Shown: in pieces, positions 1 to 14,007 of the stretch
Position numbering within the stretch: the first letter of the stretch is position 1
Layout of the letters: each line of letters begins with the position of its first letter
Source: Takakia lepidozioides
Taxonomy: Eukaryota > Plantae > Bryophyta
Length of the DNA stretch: 64,000 bases
Reading direction: 5' to 3'
Assembly (NCBI GenBank): GCA_030704615.1
Contig: CM060733.1
Coordinates: forward strand, 41,602,001 to 41,666,000
Translations under genes and position numbers: made by a program
Notes under the pieces: model-generated
The model's input: only the letters and a program-made list of their open reading frames with translations
Database searches by the model: none
Told to the model about the DNA's origin: nothing

Positions 1-3000
1 ACTATATCAGAAACATTATCCTGAGTGACACAAAAGGTGGGTGACCATCAGACTTTCACATCACCAATTTATTATTTCAGACAGGTCTGAAATGCAAAAA
101 AACTGAGATGCTGATCGATGCTTTGTAAATTAACATACACATTCCAGAATGGCAGTGCAGACTGCTTACCTCATTGTCCGCCAGACCATATAGAGCAAAA
201 GCAGCATTATGCTGCAAGGATCCATTTTTGGAGTCAAGAAGCTCAAGCAAGGGCCTCAGCCCACCATCATGTACAATGCCAGCTTGATTGTGTGTGTTCT
301 GCGAGGACTATAATCCAAGTGTTAATACTACAGCAAGGATTGGCCAAAGACTTGAGAACTAGAGGACTGTCAAGCAAATCCGGAATAGAACTCTCAAGAG
401 GAACAGGAGAACTGCAGTAATCAGAACCTGAGCCAAGCGCCCCAAAGCAAAGGCTGCCATTTCACGAAGTTGAGGATCGGTAGCTTCAAGCATCCGTATG
501 AGTGGTCGCACTGCGCCACGTTGCACAATATGTACCTGACGTTTCACAGAGTTAGGTGTAGAAGGTCACATGACAGGTCCCACACGCATTGTTCTCATGA
601 CCACGAGACTGCTGAAAGGCTACCAAGAAAAGCTCTCAGGGAACATGACTTTAAAATCTGCTCCACCTAATGATCTTGACTAAACATTCCACACATCAGG
701 CCTGGGTGACTGACGGGGCACACTCATTCTAAAAATATCTGATCAAGACTCGAGGCTAGTCTCCCACATATCAGAGCAAAAATAAAGTTTGCCAGCATAT
801 ACCATACTGGAAAGGCCAATTAGACTCTCAAATCACAGTAACACGAGGCTCTCACAACTGTTATCATTCTCAAATACATCACACCCGACACACATTTACA
901 CAACAGAGAGTTCAAATCCTTAACTACATGGTTCACACGAGCTGAGACATAAGCACAAAGTATCCTTTGCCCTTGGACAGGCTCCTCATGAGCCCAAGAG
1001 AGTACTATCTACTGGCCTGCATTTTGAACGCCCCATTAGTGTAGATTTAAGGTGAAAGAGAGAGGTCCACTGACGAAGGACCGAAACAAGTACCTTGCAC
1101 TCTGGATCTGTTGTTGCAAACTGTCCTAACAAGAGGGCTGCCTCCCTTTGACTTTCCTGGCACCTTGAGCTGCAACAACAGGTAAAGAGCAACATTAGAG
1201 CGGGATCTAATGGAACAGCTAAAGAAGACTCCCTCACAAAAGAATGTGTGGACATCCTGTAAATCCTAGCGATTAATCCATTACCCTGCCATTTTGAAAT
1301 AAAGCTTTTGCAAGACCCAGGCCATGTCCAAATTGAATGGTACATTAGGACTGATACCCTGTTTGCTGCATTGTACCCGTGCTGGGCGATCTCCTGGGGA
1401 TGCGCAATGGCGGCGCTTTGTTTTTTAAAGTTTTCTGTGGTTGACAATTGAAAGTGTAGGCTGTTGTGGGTATTGTGAGTTGCTCTGAGTAGCCTAAGCT
1501 TCCCATCCACAGGAATGGACATCAATCCAAGGACATATGGCTAAGCGACATATGAACCTTAGAAGGCCAATGACAGGCTGGAGTGCTCCTGCTGCAAGAA
1601 CTTCTTTCTTGATATTGACTGAAGAATGCACCAGATTGCCAATTACTCCAACCTGACACAATGAAAAGATTGAAAACAGACATCAAGCCGGAGTAATATC
1701 AATTTGGCACTGTAAGTAAATCTTCGAACAGCATCATTGCGGTGTGGAAAGCAACTCGGACCTCAAAGGTTTAACAGCCACAAATACTACCAATAGTTCC
1801 TCACCATGATCCGTACAACGACAACGCAAACCACAGCTAAATCAAGCAGACACCACGGTTAAGCCCATTCTGTCATGTCAAAATGGCCATCCCCGTTCAA
1901 GAGAACAACAATGCTAGTTCTCAGAGAAGCTTGAGAGTTACATACCGCCTCATAATGGATCCCAACATCCTCTGAACGGAGCATGAATATCAGAGTTGGA
2001 AGCGCATTCTTTTCCACAATCTACAAAGCAATGTATGCATGTCAGTTCCTTTGGGTTCTACCAACACTCACAACTTTTTCTCCAACCTCCATCTTTTCAG
2101 GACGTACACAACTAGGCAAGCAAAAGACACCTGGTTTAATACGCCTGATACAAAAGACATCGCATCTTCTATTGAAATGTGTTCAGACGGACATGACCTG
2201 CAACTGCAGATAGCTACCAAGCAGATTAGATATATGTGGAGCATAATTTCACTATGCTTTCACACTCTGCCTCACCCTCAGTGGCAGCCACATGTGACCG
2301 AGGACAACATACAGTACACAACCTAGCAACAGTACACCAATACACATGGCAGTTTACAAACCTGGTTCTTGTTAGCCTCATTCTTGAAAGCCAACGTCCT
2401 TAATGCCCCGGCTGCCGCCCTTTGTACCTTACTATCGGTGGATTCCAAGAGTTCCACCAATGGGGGGATGCCTCCTTCAGTCCTGTGAACAAACTAACAC
2501 TTTGTGAATCTCAATAGTCAACAGAAGTATCTCACAAAAAGTGACTTTGGGACAGTGGAGGGGCAGAGCATTCTTCCTGACTGCCCAATCAGGGAACACA
2601 AGGGTCTTACCTCACACGGGTCTTAATATGTGCATTCTCATGCGCGAGATTTGTTATAGCATCCGCAGCTCGACGGACAACACCATTTACAACACGGCCA
2701 TTGGGGCTGCTACCTTCTCGCCTTAATAATGCAACAAGTGATGGAAGTGCCCCGGCGTCTGCAATCAGCCGTTGATGCTCCGGCTGTACCACAGAGGTGT
2801 ACAATTTTGAGAACAATTCCCATCTTAACCCTCTAAGAAATAAGGTGCAATAGCAGGCTAAAGGTCAATACCAAACCTGTCATCTCTGCATAACACAGTA
2901 TTAGCACAGCTAGAGAATAGTTGTGCCCCAATTTGCATTGCAATCAGTAGCTGACCTTAACTGCAAGGAGACCCAATGCAAATGCTGCATCTTTTTCAAC

Positions 3001-3626
3001 TTCGTGTTCACAAGCGATAGGACCTTCCTCCTCCTCTACCACCGGCGCATGGAGATGAGGAACTAGGGCATCCACAGCTCCTTCATCGACAATTGTGTCA
3101 ACATGCTCTTCTGCACATGCAATGTGACTTTTGTAAAGCAAGTGACCAAATGAGCAGGAGAAGGGCGCAACCACGAGTCAGAAAACACAAATGACAAGGT
3201 CTCACCAGAGTAAACAGGTCAGACTGATTTCCTTCTGGTCTGCCACAAGAACATGACATGCACAACAACCACAAGAAGGGGCCAAAAACATGAACAATCA
3301 CCATAAACTGAGAAGCAAAGGTAGGGATATATCAAGACAGGGACAGATACAGAGCAAATTAGATGTCTTTTACCATGCTTAGCGAGCTCTGCTAGAGCAT
3401 GAGCCGCCCGACGTGCTGCGGTGCGATCACTTTCCCTCCAAGAAAGACAAATCTTCAAGATCTCGACCTGGGCTCTGACATCCAATATAAGAGCATTGTT
3501 TGGCCCATCCACGGCCGTTAACCCTAAAGCAGTGTCTGCCAGCTTTCGTTTATGACCCTTTCTCTCACTGCCAGAGAGGGACTTTGTGTCCATGCGCTCG
3601 TTTCCCACTAAGGATCTTGTCTCCAT
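1..3626 (-). CDS. ARIA: ARIA-like Armadillo-repeat (ARM/BTB family) protein, 5' part; continues beyond the left edge
   Basis: GT-AG exons read by eye: 3626-3374, 3110-2956, 2783-2611, 2482-2362, 2020-1946, 1652-1558, 1169-1094, 535-428, 298-170, 20-1. The spliced peptide (ERKGHKRKL...EHEVEKDAAFALGLLAVKPEHQRLIADAGAL...RRAADAITNLAHEN...TEGGIPPLVELL...QREAALLLGQFA...EMAAFALGRLAQ...LQHNAAFALYGLADNEDN) matches ARIA/ABAP1. The start could be 3626 or 3593. The BTB domain is outside the window. Confidence 0.93.
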
Positions 3627-5039
3627 AGAGTATTCCAGGGACAAATGTGAAAGAATGTGAAATTTCAATCCTACCGCAGACTAAAGGCAGGAGTCTGGAA
3701 AAAGCTTATCATCATAAGAAAAAAATGGTTAGGTAACAGGAAGGGCAATCAATAGATTCTATCTCCCCCTCGTTCAAAATGTGGTGAATGCATGTAGTAT
3801 TTCGAAACCGATGCAAAACAGAGTGACTAGAGCAAGAAAACCACAAGGCCCTCTCTAACATGGCCAAAATCAGAAACAGTGAAAGCCACAACAAACAACT
3901 GTAGCCTCCTCAAGGCTATTGGTCGGATGAAGTGTAGTTGGAAAGGAGACTGAGTCACGGACCTAAGAGCAAGGGAGTGGAGGATGTAATAGAAATAGAA
4001 AGACAAGAAATTGATATGCATCAAAGTAGAGGCTGCAGAGAATAACTTGAGATAATCACGCACACCAGAAGGTCGTATGGAGAGGGATACAGAGACATAC
4101 AGGCAGCACCGCAACTCCAAACGGGCAAGGGAGTAGAAATTGTGAGACTGAAAAGGAAGGAGGCAAGGGGTCGAACAGGAAAGGAGTGGGGAGAGGACCT
4201 AAACCACTAGACAGTATAAAGGCGTATTACCGGGAGACAAAAGTAAGTCCATCAGAAGAAAACAGAGAAGAAAGCTAGGAGAGTTGAGAGGCAAGGATAG
4301 ACAGGCGATGGAAAATAGGGCAGCGAGGAGGAGGTAGTATGATAATAGAGAGCTACACAAACAGTCTTTGGCTCGAAGCTTCGATCTCATCGGAGCACCT
4401 CCGGAGAATTTTTTTGATATATAAACAAAGGAAAAGGATGTAGAGATGTTCGGTATTCGCGTCCAGCAAAATACTTGCAACGGAAGCAGAGAAGCCCAAG
4501 TTTCCGAGAGGACACCTGCTCAATGGACATGTGCGAGAAATTCGATGGTGCCTAGAGCGTGCGGGGAAGACAAGTGACAGTGGGAGCGGGAGCGGGGAAG
4601 GAGAGGACGATGCTTTCCAGAAAGAGTCTTAAGCTCATAGGGAACAAAAAAGCAGATCAGGGGGGCAAAGACACCTAATCAAAACTTTCCAAGACAAATT
4701 TGAAGAGGAACAGAAGGACCCGGGCAAGATACTTGGTCTAGATGTCCCCAAAAAGTCTTGGCTCAATGGCACAAGGACAGAAACAACTTACAAGATTAAG
4801 GCCTTAAGGAAAAGTATCGCAGAAAAATTTCCATGAAATATTCAAGGGCAAGGCACTTTCTTCGTATCAAAGTCCGGAAATAGCTTACATCTATGGGACC
4901 AGGGTTAACTGACCTAATGCATACCCCCCTCTGAAAAAAAAAAAAAAATAGAGGAGCAACGGCAAGTGGAGCAGGCAGCTTGCTTGCTGCTAAAGTCCCG
5001 CAACAGCCTCCGGCTCAGCGGGGGCAGACAAGGTTAACA

Positions 5040-5400
5040 TGGAACCTACAGAAAGGGCACCCGCATAAATGGGGAGAGGAAAGTGAGGCAAGCGATGAGC
5101 TCGGCTGGGATGCGAGGGGAGGGAGACGGCCGTGCACTGCGCACCCCAGCTCCGTTCTCCGCTCGGTTTTCTTGCCCCCTCCTCCGCCCGCCATTTCCTC
5201 CGCCCACCCCGCGCTCGCTCGTCTCATCCGCGCGCCCGGTGACTCTTGGTATCCGCACGCTCGCACCGCGCGCTTGGCCGCGCAGTTGCCACTGACTTCT
5301 CGTCAACTCCTCCTCTTCTTCCGCTTCTTCTTTCAAACGTAAGTTCCCAACAACGTCTGCATCCGTCAACGACTCTCACTCATAACTCATCTCCGCATTC
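5040..5400 (-). promoter_or_regulatory. Probable promoter/5' UTR first-exon region of the ARIA-like gene
   Basis: GC-rich island with a CT-rich tract on the minus strand, about 1.4 kb upstream of the first coding exon. Pyrimidine-rich AG acceptors lie just upstream of the ATG (about 3670-3700). Confidence 0.4.
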
Positions 5401-5873
5401 AAAATTTAAACCGAGGGTTTCACTGTAGGCTACGCTACTGGTAGGCATGCGGGGTGCTGTAAGGATTTTACTTGGTGGATTGCGAGGGGAGGAAGGAGCC
5501 CATGGATGGGTCCACTGAGACGGGCAAACGTCCCACAACACCACCACAATACCTTGCCTCCCTCCACTCCTTGAGTCCTCCCCTCTGGGCTGCCTGCCTG
5601 CTTCACCGGCACGATGTCTCGGTGTCCGTCACCGTGGACGTGACGGCTCACGACGTCCGTCACCATAGATGACAACTTTTGAAACTGGCTCCTGTATGTG
5701 CAAACTTTTATCAACTTGCACTGCCCACTTGTTGCCAATCACATGTGCTAATAATTAGTGTTGGTTTAGCAGGATGTAAAACGTAGTTTTACTTTCTCCA
5801 AACAAACAAAATATATCTGAGATCATTTACAGCATATATTTCATTTAATAGAAAAACAAAGTGGGGGACGGAG

Positions 5874-8330
5874 CAGTGTTGTACGGGTATTGAATTTTTA
5901 ACATACCAGCCGCGTCCGGGGCTTGATTTGCTTAGAAATGTGAACACTGGTATGCAGGGTTTGGAATTGTGCAAGACCATACACATATCAACCCGGGTAG
6001 AAAGTTTATTTTTACCACAGAGATAGGCTCAACTCCATGTCATGACATCAAGGGTTTCCAATGCATACAGAGGCAACGTTATACATGCAAAGCATGAATA
6101 CAAAGATCACACAACAAAACTCAAACATCATAAAAGATCACAACACAATCAAATTGCTCATGAATCATCACATAGTCCCAAGAAATACACATTCTATTTT
6201 GAAAAAGATGACATTGAAGTGGCAGAAAAGTTAAGTAGCCTAGATCTGATTGTCACCAAGGCAACTATCTTAAATCTGATCTTCAAAGTACCGAGCTTCT
6301 TCCAAGTCTTCTTCATAGTCATATAGTGTTAATCATGATAAGACTACCCAAACTGGAAAGCCCAAGCCGACAATGCCGCAAGCTGTATGAACACTAGCAA
6401 CACTGAAAATTCGCTCCGTTCCATTGTGAGATCCTTGAATGGCAAGAATTTGTCGAGCAAGATATGACAAAGAAGAGAACCTATTGGCATTAACATGCCA
6501 CCAAACTAAAGGAGCGTCAGAGCGATCTGCTGGTAAAGTAAGGCGACGAAAAACTCGTGACAATTCAGTGACCAACAACCCCTTGCAAGATTCTTCATTG
6601 CATGTCGGAGCACCAAACAAGGCATTGGCAAGGATTGGTTGTGCGGGTGGGGCACTGTCTGTCACTGTAGGGTTCAGCTTTGCATGCACCTTAACCAAAA
6701 AAAGAATCAACACCATCCTATCATATTCTTGCACAAATATGGCACGAGCCCTCTCAACGCCAACATATTGGGTGATGCACTTCAGCCCCTTGAAGCGGAG
6801 ATCAAACATGAGGGCCAACATATTGTGGGCCTTACCTACATCAAATGTCACAGCAAATTCCAATGAAGGTGCCATCACCTTGATCTCAGAATCGAAATCA
6901 CCACACCTCAGTGGAGGATTAGCAGTTGCACCACGATTATACATAGTTCACAGCTCAATAGACATGCCAACTGTTGCAACCAAAGCATTAGATAGTAACC
7001 AATACCCATACGTTCACATTGTTTGACTACAGGTGTTAAGGTTTGGGCCACTGCATTGGCAATTGCCCAAGTCATCCCTAAGGGCACACAAGCCTTCAAA
7101 GTGAGGGACTGCTGACTGTAATAGACATTTATGGCAACTGCATACTGCAAAGTCTCTTGGAGAATGACCACTTTGAACGCGAAGCATGTTTTTACTCGCG
7201 TTTTCAGCTTGCAAGCAGGCAATCCAGCTTCAATACAAGCTTTCTTCCACTCCTGTCGTCCCTCGCCGGACTTCTTAGTCCAGGTAATGCAAAGATTGTA
7301 ATGTTGTAATGTTGTTTGTTGATTGAGGAGGTCATGACAACTGACAATATTTTGCAAAGCTTTCTCTAGTGTTGACAAATTGGCACCCTCATCCTTGACA
7401 CAACAAATTATGATCTTATTGGTCCATTGGAATTGTTGTAACAGAGGTTTTACTATCTCTGCTAATGCAACACCAGAGGTGTCTGGGGCTTCGAAGAGCC
7501 CAATTGTAAAGTACTTGGACACCCACGAATCATCCAAAAAATTGACCACAAATGCAAAGGTATTGTCAAAGCCGCACCCTTGACATCCAGAGATCAAATG
7601 TAATGTTGGTTGTTACACATGTGGCCCCAATCACGGGAAGGACATACCGATCCATGGTCTTCTTTAGAATAGCGGGGATCATTGACGAGCTGCGTTTTTG
7701 TAGTGAACACCACCTTTGGATCTCGACGCATCACAAACCTTCTCATCCAAGAAGTCTCCACCTTCTGAAAAGCCTCATACGTCCCCTTCACGATGTACAA
7801 TACCTCTCAAAGAATTTTTTTTATTGTATATCACATTTTTTGTACCGTTATTCAATGCCAGAAAAATTAGTAATGGGGGTTGACAAGTTTCCACTTCTTA
7901 CTCTTCTGCCTCACAGATTTGTTCTCGACACTCTTGGCATGCAACATGTACTTTCTAAAATCTTCCTTATGCTCGTTTACAAGATGTTTTTTCATGCCGG
8001 TGATACCATGATTAGGATTGTACCTCACTATTTGTCTTTCCTAGATCGTGTTGTGGTGTGAGAGGCAGAAGATTCAGCTTGATGGGGGTGGCAAAGAGTG
8101 CATCAGCGCATTGTCTGCGACTCTTTTGTGTCGAAGGCCATGTTTGGGTCCCTCAATCGGAAGAATGCCTACACTGCTGAGTTGCGATGGTACGATAGCC
8201 ATAATTTGCAGTTCGTTTCCATACCTCAAGTTGCACCAGCCACTCTGCTCCAACTTCCTTCATTAAAATGGTGTCCACCCAAGACGGACCACCTTGCCTT
8301 TAATCAAGGGTCGTTGTCTCGTCTTCATTA
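5874..8330 (-). mobile_element. Degenerate hAT DNA transposon (transposase pseudogene)
   Basis: 6333-6944 encodes a hAT C-terminal dimerisation-like motif (PLVWWHVNANRFSSLSYLARQILAIQGS..TERIFSVAS). 6908-7597 has VKDEGANL (second catalytic D region). There are frameshifts and stops. A CAGTGTT possible terminus lies at 5874; no partner TIR was found. Confidence 0.8.
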
Positions 8331-8404
8331 CCCTTGCTTGTGAAACCTACAGTCACAGCAGATCGGGCAGGATCAAGTACTGACGACGACATGGCCACCA
8401 AACG

Positions 8405-8923
8405 TTTGGCCCTACCACTGGGTCATAATCTTCCCGGAGTCTTTTCCTACACGCTTCGCACCGCTGGAGAGTCAAAGCTTCACCGTGAAGCTACTGATCG
8501 CCGTCTGCTCCGATGCAGCATTTCGCTTTGTCGCGATATTTCATCGTTGTATAGGTTGTTTCTTCCAATTGCCAAGCTCCTCGCCATGTGTTCCTACTGG
8601 ACTTGAAAAGCGGAGAACAGGGAGATTGCAATCTGGGACTTGAACAATCATCTTGTATTGTTCGAACAGGTACACTTTGTCGTTACTAGTACCGATTTGG
8701 CAGCCTAATCTGCTGTTGATGTAGCTTCATACGGTCATCTTGACGCCAGAGCTCCTCTCCATGGTTGTCGCAGACACTGTCTAAGTTCCTAAGTGCTTTA
8801 CCAAGGATTTCGAGATAACTAACAAACTATATCATGTTTTTGGCAGTACAATGTCGAAACTGCCTGTCATGAGATAAAAAAACGATCTGAAAAGAGAAAA
8901 TTATACCACTATATGCATCTACA
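8405..8923 (+). repeat. LTR fragment, inverted homolog of 18848-19365
   Basis: Reverse-complement similarity over about 500 bp (e.g. ttcctactggacttgaaaagcggagaacag vs 19145-19175). It ends in ...tgcatctaCA, matching the LTR end at 18848. Confidence 0.75.
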
Positions 8924-9880
8924 GTGGGCCCAAATCTGTCAAAAGAAGAAAAGGGGTGGCCTTGGTGTGCTGGATCCGCAAGCTCAAATAACTGCTCTCT
9001 TGACAAAAAGTGGATCTCTAGAGTTTTTACCAACTTATCCAGCCCATGGAGTAGGTTGGTCAGATGTCATCTACTTAATGTCACTCCCAAATCTAGCCCC
9101 ATGTGGTCTCCCCCCCTGCGTTGGACAGTTCAAGGTGGAAGCTCCAATTCGAAACCAGGTATCGGTTCCAATGCTTGGCAATCCATTTGGACAGCCCGGT
9201 GCAAGTTAAAGTAAAGCCTACTTCTTTTGATGAAGTCATACGGCAGTATTTTTTGGTAACTTCAATCGTGACTCAGAGGCTTACGTTCATTGTGTGGAGA
9301 GGTGGGCGCATTGGGAATCTGCAGGTTTGTCCCATATGCTGCATTTATAGGACTCTCAAAAGCAGTCCATCATTGATCCAGCAATTGCCTCAATTGCTCT
9401 CTCCAACAGAAGAAGAGCCTCAGGGTGGGAGCTAGTCATTGGCAATTTGCCTCCCTTCTGGTCTGAACTCCTCGCCAGGAGACATCAATTTTCCCTTCCC
9501 GGATGGCTGGGGTTCTCTGATGGTGCAGATATTAAAGCTCTATTCGCCTCCTCTAAAGCTGGGAATCATTACGACGGTACCTGCTTCAAAATTTTGGCAA
9601 ATGGTCTTCTAACTAAACTTGAGGTGTACTAGTTGCCTGATACTTTTGAATGTTATGATATCCGGGTGGTCTGCCACAGCTCTGGTGATATTCAAGAGTA
9701 CAATTACTCCTTATATTGGTTTCTTTCTGCGCCTATTTCATTGCTCCAGTTCAATCCAAGAGAATGGTTCTGGATGAACAAGAACCATGACCATTTTTTC
9801 TCCTATTCCGTGAAACTTGGTTATTCTCTGCTCATACCAAAGTAGAGTTTTGATAAGAAAATGTAGATAATAACAAATGG
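8924..9880 (+). pseudogene. L1-like LINE ORF2 fragment (post-RT region)
   Basis: WAQICQKKKRGGLGVLDPQAQITALLTK matches the plant L1 WxxxCxxKxxGGLG motif; frameshifted and with stops. Confidence 0.75.
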
Positions 9881-9904
9881 AGCCACGTCGCTGGTCACCC
9901 TATT

Positions 9905-11650
9905 TCCTAGAAACATGTCCGGGCAGACGTAAGTGAGATGAACCTTAAATGGACAATTTACCTAGTGCTCATGGTTAGAATGAGTGGAGGAAAATGGACA
10001 AAATTTTCATGGATTAGCAAATGAAAAAGAAACGAGATGTAAGTGGTTTCATGAATATAATTGAAACTTGAAATTGATATGATTTTCCAAAGTTTGGACT
10101 GATAGACACCTATTTCTGACACATATGCCTCCCCCAAGAAGTGAACAACATTCATCCTATTATGGTTACTATGCCATCCAATTATAATTCTACGTTGTCT
10201 TGAAATAGACATAAAAATAGGCTAATTATGAAATTAACATTAACCTTAAATGGACATCATCTAACCCTAAATGACTATCCAGTATGCTAATGTGGCATGC
10301 CAACAAACCTCTATATGATGGTGCACGTCTCAATATCTGGGTTATAATATACTAAAGGAACACTAATATGGGCTACATAATGGACAATACAATATCCTAA
10401 TCCTAAAATAAAACTTCCTATTGAGATTAGCCTCGTGTCCTTGTCATCATGAACGGAATATTTTTCCCGCCATCTCTAGTGCTGGAGTAGGCGATGCATT
10501 CCCGCGATATCCTCAAGCTTCTTTGGAGAGACAGGTAGGATGCACAGCTATATCGCACATGATATAATTTGTAAAGGCTGAACTTGGAGAGGACTTGGAG
10601 TTGGAGTATGGCTGCAGGCAATGTGTGCAAGAGAAGTACAGAGCTTGCAATGCTAAATTCCGGTGATGAGGATTACTTGGTTCTTGGGGTGGGTGCGATC
10701 TTACTTCTCTACGTTGGGTGTGCTCCCTGTTGCGGGCCCGTTTGCTTGTGTGCATGCAACTTGAGGTACTGGAGCTCATGCAAAATTTCACTATCCGATG
10801 GATTTCCTTGTGCCCATTGAAAATCAGAAGCATCTGTATCTGATTCCTCACAATTGGAGTGTACTTCACCATCTTTTGTTCACTGTCTGTGTCACTCTCT
10901 AGAATTTGGTCTCCTCCTTTTACTGAATCAGGAAGGAGCCTCCACATTGGACTAAGTCTGAGATCTTCCTCCATTGTCCAGAGTCTTCACTAATCACAAG
11001 ACTAATCATAAGACTAATCAGACTTTTCACTAACAATCACAAGACTAATCAGACTCTTCAGTACTTAGATCACGAGACTCTTCACTAATCAGGAGACTAA
11101 TCAATCTCTTCACTAATCAGACTCTTTCAAGATACTCTTCACTAATCTGCTGAAAAATGAAACTGGTCATCTACATTGGCCATCTTAAATTATTGATCAA
11201 CTTGATATGGCATGGCAAAGTATCATCTCTACATCCAACAGTGAGCTTTGTTATATCTCATCATGACTAATTCAAAATATATCTTCTCCCTGCCTTAATT
11301 TAAACTTTGAATTTTATCGTAATAAATATGTTTAGTTAGTATAAGTAACATGGATGAATGTTGAATTTAACATTGGTTGTCTAATTATTCGACAGTTTCT
11401 TGTACGCGGCCTTGCAGGCCTGCTGTCCCATAAATGCAAAATATCTACCTCCTTTAAGTTTGTTTGAACCTAAAATGGTCATAGTGTCGAGTTAGTGTGG
11501 GCCCCATTTGCTTGTTATCATCTCAAGGTCAATGACTGCCACTTTTAGATACAAAAGTAGGTGTCCATTTAAGATTCATCTCTCTTATGGAGGAAACATA
11601 GACCTTAAAAAATATCTGCCTTCTTATGGACGGTTGCGAACAGAATTTTA
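9905..11650. mobile_element. Non-autonomous DNA-transposon-like insertion splitting the LINE
   Basis: 26-bp inverted repeat (24/26) at 9930-9955 and 11562-11587. Internal cttcactaatcagact-type tandem repeats at 10985-11150. LINE coding sequence lies on both sides. The exact ends and TSD are unresolved. Confidence 0.5.
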
Positions 11651-11659
11651 CCAGTATGG

Positions 11660-12100
11660 GCCGTTATATCTGATCCCCCTTCCCCCTGTGTCACATGTAA
11701 TATTAACTGCACTGAGGATATTGAACACTTTCTTGTACAATGTCCCTTCGCAGCTGTAGTGTGGACGCGAACTACTTATCTCTACGCTCTCTGGAACAGA
11801 GACTTATCATACTCTACTTTTGCTTTTCTCCTCAACTCTAAAAACAACAGCCAATTCTACACTTGCCCTGTTTGGGGATCTCTGAGAATTGTTATCCTCT
11901 GACACATTTGGAAAATGCGTTGCTTTGTTATTTTTCATAACTCTCTAGCTCATTCAGACTTATTGTCTGAAACAAGGAAATCGTGGTCTGTTCTTATGGC
12001 AGCTCAGGTGTGGCGAATCAAGGAAAGCCCAGTTCCTCAATTCCTTCGACAATTCATGGGGAAAAACTGGCATCTTCTGTATAATGATTTCAGATTCTCG
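11660..12100 (+). pseudogene. L1-like LINE ORF2 C-terminal fragment (zf-RVT CCHC)
   Basis: Translates to CVTCNINCTEDIEHFLVQCPFAAVVW...HIWKMRCFVIFHN, typical of the L1 zinc knuckle and WxIWKxR motif. Confidence 0.75.
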
Positions 12101-12397
12101 TGTCATGGTTTTAGTCTAACTAGAATTACCTACTTCTAGTTAATTATGACATTGTGGATATTTATATTTGTATTTTGTGTGGTGGGACTTCATTTGGTCT
12201 CATATGTCAAGTGAGGTGTCAAGCCTCACTTGGGACATGGGGATGGGTTTTCCCCTTATAAGGGTTGAGGAGAGCTCATCTTCTCCCATGAGCCTCTCTC
12301 ACCTAGCCTCCATAGCTCATAGCTTTATAGGATTCTGTACTTAGAATGTGTGGTGGACAGCGATGTATGTTGTGGCACGATGCTTGGGTGCACAACA
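12101..12397 (+). repeat. Solo terminal repeat (X-Y order, internally deleted) of the element A family
   Basis: Starts tgtcatggttttag like 24752/55508 and ends gcacgatgcttgggtgcacaaca like 55960. No matching TSD (ctcg vs ccta). Confidence 0.8.
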
Positions 12398-13086
12398 CCT
12401 AGGTTTTCTTTATTAAGAAGAAACAAAATCATAATTCAGGTTTTTTGTTTTTTCCCTTGGGTAGCTTAAAAAATGACTTTTATAATTTAGTTTTTTTTTC
12501 GGGAAAGCTTAAAAAATCATTAAGTGAAATATGGTAAGAAAATAATTAAAAATGGTGCGAGCAAAGACCATATAGCCTAACTGAAAATGACGACAATGAC
12601 ATGGCAATAATGATGAGCTGGCACTATGGCACCCTCTACACTAAATCCAATCTCCGACCTTCGGTCATCACTATATAAAAGTCGAAGGGGATGAAGACCC
12701 TGTATATCATATAAGAGAAACATGGAAAAATTTAAAACTTTTTACTCTATAAAATACCAAATTGTTCTATATTAATAATACCTTGGGCTGGGGAATCATC
12801 AGTGTTTTTATTTCTGGAGAAATTTCGCACATTTTTTACCTCACGAAAAAAATCGAATGTTCTATGGTAAAATCCCTATTTTCTCATGGATGAAATTGCC
12901 AAAATTCTCCAAAAAAAAATAAACTGAGGATGAATTCGCATAATATGGATGATATACATGGATAAAAGTACAAAGGATGATGATTCTGTCGAAATTTCAG
13001 TGGATTAACAGAAAATATGGCTATTTCCTGCAAAACTCAGTAGCCACTCCGTTATTTCCAAATTTGAAAAAAAAAAACACACCAAC

Positions 13087-13250
13087 AGTCAGTAGCTCAG
13101 TTGGTAAGTGCACTAAGTGCCACCCAGATGATTCTGGGGTCAAATCTTGCTACTGACGGGTGTGGTATGGTTCCTGGGCGGTGTCCCACTCATTTGCCTC
13201 CATGGCGCATAAATGAAAGAGGTTATTTTCTCCTCTCTGTTGAGCGGCTT
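13087..13250 (+). mobile_element. tRNA-derived SINE-like remnant
   Basis: A-box tagctcagttgg and B-box-like gggtcaaatc; similar to 61655-61885. Confidence 0.5.
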
Positions 13251-13779
13251 TTACTTACCCATCCCTTAGCCATCCGAGGTGGAAACTCCAAGATAGAAGA
13301 GTTGGAAATCTCTAAGTACTCAGCCCGCTCAGAACAATCAGTCATGTTCTACAACTAGTGTATCATGGGGGTGTGCTTCTTTCCTTCACCTTGTTTACCT
13401 TCATGTTGTGGAACTCAAGCTTAAGGTTAAGTCACTGCTTGCTTATGCAACCTTCTGGTTCATTTCTCCACCTCTATCTAAGCATTCCACGGCTTCACTC
13501 GATTTTCTCTACACATGTGTATATGGAATAAATATCTGCATTTATATCAGTGCCAAGAGTCAGGCTGAAGCCTGTAATATCCCTAAGTCTACAATACGAT
13601 GATAACACTACAACTTGCATGCATCAAGCTACACTCCATTGTCTCATCCTCCGTGTACTCTACGTGGCTGTCATCCAAAAGTCATCCAAGAAGTAATCCA
13701 TTCCATGTAGCTACTATGCATAATGTATCTGCAAGTTGTTCTAACCGCTTAACGTTCCCTCTGGTGATGACAGAACCCT

Positions 13780-14007
13780 ATGACCTGTGTACGCTGTGAC
13801 GGCTGTGACATCTGTGATGTGTATCGCACTATGATGGACTGTGTCGGGCTGTGATGGTTGTGCCCTATGTCACACTGTTACTGGCTGTGATGGGCTGTGA
13901 CCTGTGTCAGGCTGTGTAAGCCTGTGACTGCTGCCCGTGTGAGCCTGTGACTGCCACACCCTAAGCCTGTGTTGGCTTGTGTCTGCCATCCTTAAGGCCT
14001 GTGCTGG
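13780..14007 (+). repeat. Degenerate ~10-bp tandem repeat (ggctgtga/cctgtg units)
   Basis: Repeated ctgtga/ctgtg units. Related sequence resumes after the CACTA insertion at 15234. Confidence 0.7.

Noticed and set aside
986-1525. 179-aa ORF as an independent gene
   Set aside because: It is intronic sequence around the ARIA exon 1169-1094.
13087-13160. tRNA gene
   Set aside because: A/B boxes are present but there is no convincing cloverleaf; a related copy at 61655 has a SINE-like tail.
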